64,000 nt of DNA from an uncultured Gammaproteobacteria bacterium (GTDB taxonomy: Bacteria; Patescibacteriota; Patescibacteriia; Magasanikbacterales; JBBTQS01), in assembly GCA_964627525.1 (NCBI GenBank), contig CAZVIA010000005.1, positions 6,078 through 70,077 of the forward strand. Direction: 5' to 3'. Shown piece after piece: positions 37,557-50,400 of this stretch (position 1 is its first letter; the number at the start of each line of letters is the position of its first letter). The notes below the pieces were generated by a model. The model was given only the letters and a program-made list of their open reading frames with translations, searched no databases and was not told where the DNA came from. Position numbers and translations under genes: made by a program.

Positions 37557-38822
37557 CTAAGGCACCAAACTCTTAAACCACTTTCTCACTTGTTTACTCA
37601 CCTTATCTACGGTTTTAAATTTTGAAATTACATCTCCCCAACCTTGACCATCACCAGTACTTAATTTAAATCCCCATTGCACCAAACCAATCGCAGTTGC
37701 AAAAGATAAATCATTTACTTTTTCTGTTACACTTGAAATTTCTAAAGGATAACCCAATGAAGCTGGTAACTGCAAAACATCTTTACTAACTTCAACTATC
37801 CCAGGCATTTTTGCTCCTCCACCAGTAAACACAACTCCTGCTGGCAAAATCCTACTACGCCCAATTTTTTTAAATTCATCATCAACTCTTTCTAAAATTT
37901 CTTCAATACGCGCCTGAATAATTTCTGCAACGTATTTTTTTGCAACTTCTTCTGATTCATCAGCACCCAGATCTGCCAAGTCAATTGTATCGCGCTTATG
38001 TATTCCTTTTACTTGTGCTGTTCCATATTCAATTTTTACTCTTTCTGCAACATCAATTGATGTACGCAAACCAATAGCAATATCATTTGTAATATGCTCT
38101 GAACCAATTGGCAAAACAGCTGTGTGCACCACATCTCCTTCTTCATAAACAGCCATACTTGTTGTTGAACCACCAAGATTGATCACAGCAACACCTAATT
38201 CTTTTTGCCTACGAGTTACAACAGCTTCTGCAGTTGCCAAAATAGACAAAACCAAATCATCAATATCAACTCCAGTTCTATAAACACTTCTTGTTAAATT
38301 TTTTATTTGAGAAGAAACACCTTGGATAATTTGTGAATCAACCTCTAAACGCACACCTGTCATTCCAACCGGATCTTTAATTCCTGCCTGACCATCTACT
38401 GTAAAACTTTTTGGTAAAACATGAAGTATCTCATAATTAATCGGTGTAGCAACTGTTCGCGCTGCGTCAATTGCTCTAGCAATATCATCCCCTGTTATTT
38501 CACCATCTGATCTTGAAACAGCAATCACACCTTTACTTTCTTGAGACAAAATATGACTTCCAGAAATTCCAACCCAAACATGTTCAATTGGCGCACCAAT
38601 CATTCTTTCTGCACGCTCAAGACAAGCACTAATTGATGAAACAGTGTCCTCAATACTTGTGACTATTCCTTTATGCACTCCTTCAGAAGGAACTTCAGCA
38701 GCACCAACAATGTGCATTGTTTCTGTTTCAGCACGCACCATTGGCTGACCAACAGCAATTCTCACTGCAGTTGATCCAATGTCTAGCCCTGTTATTAATT
38801 CTTCTCTAATTTTCGCTCGCAT
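37557..38822 (-). CDS. ftsA: Cell division protein FtsA
   Basis: Actin-like ATPase; LDIGSTAVRIAVG phosphate-1 motif. Confidence 0.85.
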   Translation of the reverse strand: MRAKIREELITGLDIGSTAVRIAVGQPMVRAETETMHIVGAAEVPSEGVHKGIVTSIEDTVSSISACLERAERMIGAPIEHVWVGISGSHILSQESKGVIAVSRSDGEITGDDIARAIDAARTVATPINYEILHVLPKSFTVDGQAGIKDPVGMTGVRLEVDSQIIQGVSSQIKNLTRSVYRTGVDIDDLVLSILATAEAVVTRRQKELGVAVINLGGSTTSMAVYEEGDVVHTAVLPIGSEHITNDIAIGLRTSIDVAERVKIEYGTAQVKGIHKRDTIDLADLGADESEEVAKKYVAEIIQARIEEILERVDDEFKKIGRSRILPAGVVFTGGGAKMPGIVEVSKDVLQLPASLGYPLEISSVTEKVNDLSFATAIGLVQWGFKLSTGDGQGWGDVISKFKTVDKVSKQVRKWFKSLVP

Positions 38823-38853
38823 GTTAAATCGTAAGTAAGAACACTTTTTGTGT

Positions 38854-39324
38854 TCAATGCTTTTTGCTCTTTAGGAAATTATACACTAATTTATCTTGCT
38901 TTGTATACATTTGCTGTGCATGACTTTTTTTCTTATGATCCTTGCCAATTAAATGCAACAAACCATGCGCTACTATTGTGGCAAATTCTTCTTTAATAGA
39001 CCCACCCCCAAACTTAGCTTCTTTTACAATTTGTGGCACACACAAAATAATTTCACCTAAATCATTTTTATTTTCAACTGATTGTGCTGGCCATTTTTCA
39101 TTTGCATAAGTTTCTTTTGAAGAAAAAGACAAAACATTTGTAACCTTAAAATCTCCTGAAAAAACACCATTCAAAGTTTTCATCTTTCTTTCTCCAACAC
39201 AGACCAGTGCCACCTCTTTTGAAGGTGGCAGGTTTAAATTTTTTGCAAAATGTTCAGCTGCTTTTTTCAACCACTGACATGAAATCGGCAGTGAACGCAA
39301 TGTTGTTACTGTTCTTATTTTCAT
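38854..39324 (-). CDS. ybeY: rRNA maturation RNase YbeY
   Basis: HGLLHLIGKDH (H-x3-H-x5-H) zinc motif. Confidence 0.8.
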   Translation of the reverse strand: MKIRTVTTLRSLPISCQWLKKAAEHFAKNLNLPPSKEVALVCVGERKMKTLNGVFSGDFKVTNVLSFSSKETYANEKWPAQSVENKNDLGEIILCVPQIVKEAKFGGGSIKEEFATIVAHGLLHLIGKDHKKKSHAQQMYTKQDKLVYNFLKSKKH

Positions 39325-40596
39325 TTATGGAATAATAAAAGATCCTTGGTCTTCATCTTCTGGCTCTGACCCACCTGCTGGCTCTCCTGTTTCAATCTCT
39401 AACCCTAACTCTACTTCAGGTGTTGTAGTTGCTTCTGACTCTAAATCTGGCTCTGCAAAAGGTTCTTCTAAACCAAACTTCCCTGAATCAAAAAGATTTT
39501 CTAATTCTGGCAAATCACCCAACTCTGGCAGTTCTTCCAACCCAGCAACTGCCTCACCAGTACTTTTTTCTACAAAGTGAAAACTTTCAGCCATCATTTC
39601 CAAAGTTCTTCTAAAATTAATTGCATTACGTACTCCAGCATTATATTGTAATACAAAAACTTTTTCAGGTGTTGCAAAATAAAATCTCAATTGCTGATCT
39701 TCATACCAACCAACTTGACCCATTCTATTTTCCCAAGGATTTAATTTTGAAAAAGCTACCTTAGGATTATTTTTTGAAAACCAAGCAACAAACGATTCAC
39801 CTACTTCTAACTCATAAGTATTTAAAGCCATGTACTCTCCAGTCAAAGAAGTAAACAAAACTTCATTTTGTTTATTTGCATCTAAAGGAGCTGCCAACCA
39901 ATCAATTGGATAAATTAATTCATACTTGTGAATTGTACTCTTATAACTTGATATACTTGTTGAGGTTGTAATACTTGCAGGTGCTTTAATAACTGGATTA
40001 TATAAGTTTGAAACTTCTACCCCATCTGGAAAAGAATCATCATCAGTATCAGTATCTGCAACATCAGTTGTAAATAATTCTTCTTCAACATCTGTTAACC
40101 CATCTCCATCAAAATCAATTGTGTCACCCAACAAAGGCAAAACTACTAACAATGTAGGAGTACTAGTTGGCACAACTGGTTCTAAGTCAGGCTTAACAGG
40201 TGTTTCAATTTCTGGAACAACAACAATTTCAGGTGGCACAACAACTGGCTGTGGACCTGGTCCATCTTTTGTATAAAACCAAGTAGACCCTGCAATAACC
40301 AAAATCAAAACCAAACCAGCTCCACCATACATTAAATTCTTCTTTTTCTTGTAAATTGGAATCTCATGTTTTGGCCCGTGTTTTTGATTTGGGTCAGTAA
40401 GTTTTTGCGGCTGTGGTTTTACAGGAGGTTTTACAACAACTGGTTTAGGTTGTTGAGCAACAACAGGAGCTGCAGCATTCACAGAAGCTTGTTCACCATA
40501 AAAAGCTTTTGGAATTGTGTGGATATCAATAGGATCTTTATCAATTTTTGGTTGAATAGATTCTTGTTCTTGTTTTTTCTTTCCAAATCCTAACAT
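39325..40596 (-). CDS. Membrane protein with Pro-rich region and bacterial TSP3-type Ca-binding repeats
   Basis: TM ~85-105; FDGDGLTDVEEELFTTDVADTDTDDDSFPDGVEV. Confidence 0.45.
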   Translation of the reverse strand: MLGFGKKKQEQESIQPKIDKDPIDIHTIPKAFYGEQASVNAAAPVVAQQPKPVVVKPPVKPQPQKLTDPNQKHGPKHEIPIYKKKKNLMYGGAGLVLILVIAGSTWFYTKDGPGPQPVVVPPEIVVVPEIETPVKPDLEPVVPTSTPTLLVVLPLLGDTIDFDGDGLTDVEEELFTTDVADTDTDDDSFPDGVEVSNLYNPVIKAPASITTSTSISSYKSTIHKYELIYPIDWLAAPLDANKQNEVLFTSLTGEYMALNTYELEVGESFVAWFSKNNPKVAFSKLNPWENRMGQVGWYEDQQLRFYFATPEKVFVLQYNAGVRNAINFRRTLEMMAESFHFVEKSTGEAVAGLEELPELGDLPELENLFDSGKFGLEEPFAEPDLESEATTTPEVELGLEIETGEPAGGSEPEDEDQGSFIIP

Positions 40597-40602
40597 GTTG
40601 TT

Positions 40603-41397
40603 TTAGTTAGTAGGCACTTTTAATAACTTACCAGCACCTTTTGGATTATAACCTGCATTTATTTCACTACCATCTTCATATGTATCACCATCTGTATCTG
40701 GATTTAGAGGATCAGTTCCCCAAATCTCCAACTCTTCTTTATCATTTAAACCATCACCATCTGTATCAGGATTATTCCAATCTGTTCCATATTGAATTTC
40801 AACATCATCAGTTATGCCATCAAAATCTGAATCTAGCAAAGCAGAAGGTTCTGGCTCTGGGATAACAATTGTTTCGTCTACTTCTGGAATAATTGTATTG
40901 TCTTTTGGTTCTGGCTCTACAATAGGTGCATCTTCAATTATTAAAGAATCAGTATCATTAATATCTTCTTGTTCCTCTTCCTCATCTTCAATATCTTCTA
41001 TATTTGCTTCAGGAGGAACAATAGTTTCAACAACATCCACATCATCACCAGACATCAAAGAATTAAAAACCCAATATCCACCAGCAATCACTAAAACAGC
41101 AACTACAACTACCAAACCAATCATAAAAATTTTACTTTGTGTCATTGGTGCTTTTAACTCATAAATACTAACACCTTCTCCAGGCATTCCAGTATCTTTT
41201 GGTGTATCTGCTGTAACTGGTTTTAATTTTCCAGTTTCAACAGCTGATGGACCATAATCAACAGATTTATATTTTACTTCTTCTGGAGCTGGCACACCTG
41301 CCGGATCTGGCGCACCTTCTGTTGTTGGTGGCTGATTTGGATCTGGCTGTTGCGTTGGCTGTGGTGACTGCCCTGGTTGTTGTGGATCATCAAACAT
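40603..41397 (-). CDS. Membrane protein with bacterial TSP3 repeats (DSDFDGITDD...NPDTDGDGLNDKEE...NPDTDGDTYEDGSE)
   Basis: Pro/Gln-rich N-terminus, one TM, acidic linker, TSP3_bac-type repeats. Confidence 0.5.
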   Translation of the reverse strand: MFDDPQQPGQSPQPTQQPDPNQPPTTEGAPDPAGVPAPEEVKYKSVDYGPSAVETGKLKPVTADTPKDTGMPGEGVSIYELKAPMTQSKIFMIGLVVVVAVLVIAGGYWVFNSLMSGDDVDVVETIVPPEANIEDIEDEEEEQEDINDTDSLIIEDAPIVEPEPKDNTIIPEVDETIVIPEPEPSALLDSDFDGITDDVEIQYGTDWNNPDTDGDGLNDKEELEIWGTDPLNPDTDGDTYEDGSEINAGYNPKGAGKLLKVPTN

Positions 41398-41423
41398 ATT
41401 TTTATAAAAAACTTTTTGTAAAA

Positions 41424-44400
41424 TTAAATACTACAATTTATTTTGTCAAAACTACAATCTGGCGCACATTGCAAATCTCCTCCTGTAAATCCAAAATCCG
41501 TACACTGCACACCGCTCATATCCTCATTATCACAAGATTCTTGAGCTTGCCTAACTCCATCACCACAACTTCCACCAGTTAATGTAATTTTTTTACAAGT
41601 ATTACTACAATATATGCAACTACTATTATACAGTGCTGAGCAAATATTACCATTGCTCACTCCATTATCACACTCCTCACCTATTTCAGGTTGCAAAGAA
41701 GCATCCCCACAAATCTTTTCTGGAACTGGTGGAGTTGGTGGTGGAGGTGCATATACAACTTCTGCATTAGGATCTGTTTCAGAACATTCCCAATCAGTAC
41801 TTTTTTCTATTTTACAATCAGATGTACAACCCTTAATCAAATATGCTTTATCTTTTCCAGGTGCACACCACTCTATCACATTTATATTTAAAGTTTCTGA
41901 AATTATAGGATCCCCATCACATTCTTCACCACCATTTATCAATCTATCACCACAATATGGTCCAAAAGCCTTACAATCCCAGTTACATGATTCTGACTTA
42001 GACGAAGCATGAACTGTTTGCACTTGTTCCTTTAGACAAGGCTCTGGATCACTTGTTTTTATTCCAGCTGGTAAATCTTCTACTGGCATTACAAAAGAAA
42101 CTACCTTATCATCTCCTGCAGAATATACACCAACAATTACCATTTGTTTCCCATCAACTGTTTTATAATAAATATCAACTACTTTTTCACAATCCACACT
42201 TTCAGACCCAACAGAACAAGTTCTGTTTGTAAATGCACACCTATTACCCCACACATCACATACCTCACCTTGATTTTCTTGTATAATTCCATCACCACAA
42301 GCACCATAGGCACTAATTTCACTTAAGCAATCTAAACTACAATTATTATAAGCCCCATTAAACGAAGCATTATCACAAACCTCACCACCATTTAGAACAC
42401 CATCTCCACAAAAACCAGTTGGCTGACAATTAACTTGTGACTCTGGCAAATATTTACAATCATTAGGACATTGAATTACAAAAGTACCTGGATATTCCAC
42501 GCTAGAAGCATCACTATACACACAACTTCCATAACTTGCTTTCATTCCAATTTCACACTGCTCTCCCATACTTGGATTTAAAATTCCATCACCACAAACA
42601 CCACCAGCACCAATAAATGTACTTGTTATATCTGTGCATGTTTCAACAAGATCAAATTCAGATAAATCAATACCTTTCCAATCATTTGGTCCACTACTTT
42701 CTAATTCAGCTTTTAATTTATATTCTAAACCACCTTCAGTTGATTGATAAGCATAAACATGAGAACGTTTCATGCATTGATATTGTTGTGAACCTGAATT
42801 CCAACAATTTTCAGAATTAGCACCTGATTCAGCACAACCAATCCTAAATTCATTCAAAGGATCTAATGGCATTTCAATTCCCAAAACAGAACCAAGTTGT
42901 GCTTGCCATGAATCCCAAGCACTAACACTCATAGATGGAATATATGTACCTTGTTGCAACAAAGGTGCGTTTGTGTTTTGCATTTTATAAATTTCAACAG
43001 CTTGTTTAATTTTTTGCAAATCACTCAACCTCACCATGTCTCGTTGCATTTGTTTTTTAACAGACAAGCAATCAATATATTCTTCACTACCTGGAATAAT
43101 TTTTTCTTCAGCAGTTGGAGCTTCAGCTAGACACTCTAATTCTGAAGTACATTGAATTTCTGGTTGCAAAATATTGTAAGCTTTTTTAGATTCTTTTATT
43201 GACGCACAAACACCCTGATCCCACTCTTTATTCAAATTAACATTAAATTCTAGATTATCAATTAATTGTTTGTAAATAATTTTTGTTTCAGCAGATGCTG
43301 TGTCATTATGAGAAATAATATAAATATTTGTATACCTTTCATTAAATTTTCCTTTATCATTAGACCCAGGAGTCAATTTATGATTATTGTTTTCAGTTGC
43401 AACATTAACAGCACTAATATAAATTGTGGCACCATCAACAATAGCCTGGTAACCATCAATTTCAATTACTTCGGGATTACCAGGAAATCCTTGCTCATTG
43501 TACCAATCCATTGGAGACAAATGTTTTAGGTTTTTCTGAACTCTTACACCAATAGCATCTCCATTATCTTGGTTTTGCAAGAAAAATGCTTTTAATAAAT
43601 TTGGATCATCAGCAGTTGAAACAAGCTGACCCTTAGTTAGTCCTGGTAACAAATCTTGAGTTCCATTTCCTCTACAATACCAAGTGCTAAAATTGTGTGA
43701 ACTATCAATCAATGGGAACTGACTATTTTGATATTCAGGCCAAGGATTTTCACACATTGTGTTAGTTAATTCAGCAATACCATAATACTCATTTTCAACA
43801 GTTGAAGGATTAAAGAAAGTATCATGCGTAATTGTTGCTGTTGCACGCAAAATTGCACTACCTTTATTTGGTAAAGCACTTACTATAACAACATCACCAT
43901 CATCACTAACATTTTCAATTTGTGCAATAGTTTCATTACTTACTAACCAACTCCACTCCCACTCATAATCATTTGTTTGAATTAGTGGTTGTGCAACACC
44001 ATTAATCACTGTTTCTGCTATTGCAATAAAATTACCAGCACCTTCAATACCTGGCACAAAAAATACATATTTACCAGGTTCAACACTTACACGATCTATA
44101 TCACAAACCTCAAGACCTGTTGTAAACTGCCAACTTTTATCTTGGTGCATGCTAATACTTTTCTCATTTTTAATATCTTTTCCTAAATTAACATAATAAG
44201 TAGTATTTGCTTTCAAAACCTCTGTAGGAATTATAAACAACTTACTTCTATTAACCACCTTACCCTCAATTATTTCTTGTGCATCTGCTAACTGAATTTC
44301 AAAATCAACCACACCTTCACAATCAAATAATGCATAAGCTGGCTCTACATCAAGCATCTCACGCACAAAATTAACAACTGAAAGCCATGCGCGTCTATAC

Positions 44401-47400
44401 CAAGGATCATTTATATTTTTTGTAAATTTTTGAGTTACAGTTCCACCAGCTTTTGTACAAGCTTCTTCTGTATTAGTTTTAATATAAACAGAAACATTAT
44501 CAGTTAAACTATTAGGATAAATTTTTTCATTAAATTCTGCTGTCATCATTGTGTTCCTACACACACCAGATGAAATTGGTTTTTCAGAAATAACATTTGG
44601 ACGACCATAACAACACGCATCATTTCCAACACCCAATGTATTTACATCACCACATTGTGCATCTGAAGTAAATCCACACTGAATAACATATTTTCCTTCA
44701 GCATCAACACTACCTACTGCAAATGGCAAACTAGTTGAAGCTTTTACTTCAGCAGTACGTTTATTATCTACCACATCACCACCTTCTAACCCTGTTATAT
44801 ATTGGATATGATTACTTGCAGACACACCTACATATGCACCAGCTTTTTCACAACTTGAAGCTTCATCAAACTGTGTAGTACCATCACCACAAAATGAACC
44901 ACGTTGTGCAGATGATCCTTCTAACAAACATGTTGAACTACAACCATCTCCAGAAATTATATTTCCATCATCACATGACTCACCTTTTGCAATTTCAACT
45001 TCTCCATTACCACACCAATCTGCATCACCTTGTTGTTTAGGGCCACGACCTTCCATTACGCAAAACTCACTACAAGAATTTTCAAGATTATTTTTTACAA
45101 AACCATCACAATATAAATCTTCACCCGGCTCATTTATTCCATTACCACAAACAGCCACACCAACACATTGTGCATCTAAATCTTCTGATTTTAATTTATT
45201 ACAAGCAGTATAAGACGGTGGTGTACCTGTCCACAGACAACCACTACAATACATTCCATATTCTGGATCAGCATCATCACATTCTTCGCCAATACCCACA
45301 TCCTTATTTCCACATTCAGCAACTGTTGAATTAGAACCCAACCATGTACAAACCTCACTACAACCTTCTCCACCATCACAATCTTCACCACCCAGATCTG
45401 CCATATACTGGACTTCTCCATCACCACAAACTGAATTAGGTGAATCTGCGCCTTCATTTAAACAAATACTACTACAACCATCATCACTTCTAATATTTCC
45501 ATCATCACAATTTTCACCAGGTTCAAGCACTTTATTTCCACAAACACTAGTGCCTTTTGGCTGACTTCCTTTTGCTAAACAAGAATCAGTACAATAAGGA
45601 GATTCTTTAAGTGTTTTTATTTTGGATTCTTTTCCACCAACTAATTGTGCCACACTTGAAGGCAAAACACTCCATGACCAATCATAACTACCTGCATCTA
45701 ATAATTGACCTTCTGTTGGATTACAATTATCTACTGAACCACGAGCTTCCACTTCAAAACCTCTTACAATACCTGGTCCAGACACAACAGTTTCTACAGG
45801 TACTAAGCCAGCTTCGGAAATTTCACAATTTTGTGTATTATTTTTTGATTTAAAAACCCAACTAAAGTAACGTGAATTTTCACCCAAAGGATAACGACTT
45901 TCTTCAGGAATACTTGTAATTGGAATTCCAACACCTGATTTTGAAATCAAACCATTTTCACCTAACAAAACCAAAACTCTGTGATATTTATTAGGAGGCA
46001 AGGTATATCCATTTAAAATTATTTTATTTGTTACCCAATAATTTGGAACTTGCAATGTGTAAGGTAACTTAAGTGACTCTACTTCTTTGGTTAACAAACC
46101 ATTTTCATCTGTGTCAAACAAACATGATTCATTTTCACATTCTAACACCAAAATACTAGCTGCCTTAGCTGGATTAAAAGTACTACTATTTAATCTAATT
46201 GATTGTTTTTTAACTGGCTTATCAAACTCAATTCCAACTTGCGCATTTACACAAACTGCTGAACAGAAAGGATAATAACTAGAAATTTCAGAAGACTTTA
46301 CTTTTACACTTAGCTCACCTTTTCCAACCTTATCCTTCACAGATGCCAAAATTGTTGCAGGAGTATTTGCTGGAGTTTCAGCTTTTGCATCAACAACAAT
46401 TTCTGGATAAGTATCTTCAAATTTTTGACCTTCATACCCATCTAAATCATCATAAAATTCTACGTATTTATAATCTTCATCACTTACTTCCCATGTCCAT
46501 TGATAATAAGATGAATCTAAAACAACACAAGAATTTTCTGGCTTTGCTTCTGCTTTATATTCAACAATTATTTCCTCTCCATTTTCTAATGTTTCACTTA
46601 CCCAACCTAATGAACTTGCAGTATATCTATTTGGATTAACTTCTACTGATTCAACTTTACATAATTCTTTTGACTCACGAGTTTTAAATATATAACAATA
46701 TGATTCATTTCTTGCTACATCACAACTAGTATTAATTTCCATTGGAATACTATTTGTATTTTTCAAACCATTATTCAAACCAACTCTATACCATGTATCT
46801 GGATCAAAACCAATGTGATTCATACCACCTGCTGCACCAACTACTTTTAATATTGCTCCATCTTTAGTATCATCAAAAACATAAGTTTGTACAAGAGATC
46901 CCAACATTGGACTCAATGCTTCACATTCATGATCCACTTCTCCAGGAATCTCTTCACCATCTTCTCCTATTTGATCAACCTTACCTATACATTTTTGAAC
47001 ATAAAAATTTGAATTGCTAAACGTGTTAGCATCCATTTTTTGTGAAAACACAACATTTACAATTGCATTTTTACAAATCTCTTCACCACCAGCATGACCA
47101 ACCCAAGGCGAAGGACTTTCCATACCAGAACCACATTGTTGCATTACTTGAGGAGCTCCATAATCCACAAAAATCAAAGCATCATCAGTTATTTTTGTTT
47201 GTAAATGAGTTGCTGTTACAACTGCTGGCACAACTGAAACACTCCCAGTTTCTAATGCAGCCTCCTTGCTTTCACCAGTAACTTTCATGTGAGATTGACA
47301 ACTATTAGCTCCAACAACTTTTTTAGGAATTACAACTGATTCATTATCACTGCCCCAAGACATTGAGCTTCCAAACCCAAAACAATTATCATACAAAAAG

Positions 47401-50400
47401 CAATTAGACTCTTTTGCAACTCCCATGACATTCCAAGCCAAAGGATTGTAAACCCTAATCTTTTTACCTTCTTCATCTAAAATTTGCACCCCTTCTTCAT
47501 CAACCAAATACTCACCTTTAGGATCCATGATTAAACTAGTATTTTCTTGCAAACCATCTGCTCCATCAACTGTAAATTCACTTGGTGAAACAACTAGTCC
47601 ACCTAACTTACAATCTGTACCATCCTCATGAGTTTTAAATTTAAAACAATATGCACCACCTGCTAATTCTGCAGGAGTTCCTTCACAAGTACCATCGGGA
47701 ACCATACTCATTCCGTTTTCCAAACCAGTGATAGTATCTTTTAACACACCCATGTACCAAGTATTTGGAGCAAAATTTTGAGTTATAAAATTAGCCAAAT
47801 AACTTTGGTAAGCACCCCCATTACCAATATACATTTGGTAAACAAAATCAACAGGATTATCATTAAACACACCACAAACCTCCTCACCTTTTTCCTCATC
47901 TCCTTCACACTTATACAACAGCATTGAAGAATTCACTCCTTGCCCTAATTTTAAAGTGGTTTGATCAATAGGAATTGAAAACTTTACACCAACTGGCACA
48001 CTCTTACAAACAGAAGTACCACCTGGATGATCTTCCCAAGGAGATGGTGAAGGTAAAGCACTACCAGTACACTCTTCAATCACAGTCGGTGGAAAATTAT
48101 TTGGATTTGGAGATGACTTTCCAGTAAAAAATGAATAAGTATAACTTGCCACTGGAATATTAAACGAACCACATTTCAAAGCATCACCAGAATCAGTATC
48201 TGTTTTTGGAATACAAGCACCATCACCACAACATTGTTCATCTTCTGTACATGCTTTTTTATCTTCATTACAATTTTTTATTGTGAAAAACTTTTCATTA
48301 CTTGTAAGCGCACTAGCATTTTTAATTTTAACTGGACCAGAAGTTGCACCCATAGGAACAGTTGTATAAATCACATCCTCATACCAATCATTTGCATCTA
48401 CACTTGCTTCTAAATCACCAAAAGACACCTTACCTTTTTCTGTTCCAAAATTTTTACCATGCAAAGTAACTTTTAATTTTTCTGGACCATTATCTGGAGC
48501 TAATGCACACAAACCAGGTTTTGGCACACCATCAATAATCTCAAACTTAATACTATTACTATTATTATTATTTGGATCATTATCTGAATCATTTCTAGAA
48601 ACCAATAAATGATAATTTCCAGACGCAGCTTGTGGCACTTTAACTATAATAGATGCATCAGACCAAGTACCTAACTTGCTACACATTTCTGGAAATTCAA
48701 AATCACCTAACACCACCAAATCTGTTGGTACTAAATCAGGTGTTAAACTTATAAACTTCACTAGATTTTTATATTTCCCAAAATTCTTTCCTGTTATTGT
48801 AATATATTGACCTACAGGACCTCGCTCATCACTTAAAGAAATAATCGATGGAGCTGGTTTTGCACCTTCACCCAAAACCTCAAAAGGAACTGGATTAGAT
48901 TTTTTACCATTAACCTCTGCTTCAACTAAATAATTTCCAACACTCATGTTTGGCACATTAACACCAACCTTATTTATAGCAAGTGTTTTCATTATTGCAG
49001 TTTGTCCACCAATTCTAATATACTGTTTTGCAGCGTCAATACTTAAATTTTTTCCAAAAACCTGAACCAAAGAATCTGGTTTATCAGATGGGGGAGAAAC
49101 CGAACACAAACCCGGAGCTGTAGAATCCCCTTCTTTAACTTGAAAAACTTCTGGCAAAAAATTACCACGATCATCATCTGTCCTATCTTCGCCAAATTGA
49201 TTTTTAACTTCAATTGGATATTTTTTGTCTAACACTAAATTCTGTGGCACCTCAACAATAATCATATTATCTGTCCAACTACTATTTCCAGCACATTGTG
49301 CTTTTGATGCTGTAAACTTCTTTATATTTTTTCCATCTTCATCAATAAAACTCACTGTCCCCTGCTCACCAAAATATTTTCCAAAAATCGTAACCCAATT
49401 TGGCGCACCACCACCACGCGGTGAAACCTCTGTAATTGTTGGTAGCTCAACACATTTTTTTACTTCAGTATTAGTAGTGTCTTTTGTTTTATCCCAACTT
49501 AAATCAGCACCATACAACACAAAACTTTCACCACGCTCACACTCATCACAACCAATATGCAATCTCAATTGCTCAGCAGGTTTTTCAAAAGTTTTTGTAA
49601 TTGAATATTTTACCCACTGATTTGTAACCTCAATTTTTTTAGACTCTGCTTCATCATAAGTACCCCGATCCAGCAAATTAGAAAAAACAACTGACACTTC
49701 TCGTGGCGCTGACCTACTTAGAATTTTCCGCAACCACAATGTAAATGTAAAAGTATTTCCTTGAGTTTTTTGTGAAAAAACTTTCTGCAAAATATTATTT
49801 TGAGATTCCAAAACTTCAACAGCTGCACCTGTTAGATCCCCAGAAGGACTTTTTAATTTATTTTCTTTTACCACAAAACCACTACCAACTTCCCACTTTG
49901 AAAATTCACTTGAATTATCTAATAATTTTTGCGGTAATTCAGCAGGCGTTGAACACACACCACTTGCACAATCACTATTTTTATCACACCCAGAATTTTT
50001 ACATTTTCCACAATCACCTCCATCAGGACTACAATCAATACCTATCTCATCTGTATCTGCAGTTTTTATACCATCAAAACAATGTTCTGGTGCAAGCGAT
50101 AATTTTATTTCATCTGATTCTGTTTTATGTCCATCAAAATCATAAGCAATTGCCTTAACAGCAATTTCAGAATCATTACTAAACTGTCCTGTATCAAAAG
50201 AAATACTAACCGTTGTTGGTAAACCAATAGGATAATCAAGTTTCTTAAAACCAACTTTTTCATTTTCTACAAAAAACTCAACCAAACCAACACCAACGTC
50301 ATCATCAACCTTTGCACCTATAGTTACATTACTATTTTTTGGAATCATTGCTCCTTCATCTGGAGAAGTTATCTCAACACTTGGAGCTTTCAAGTCTAAC

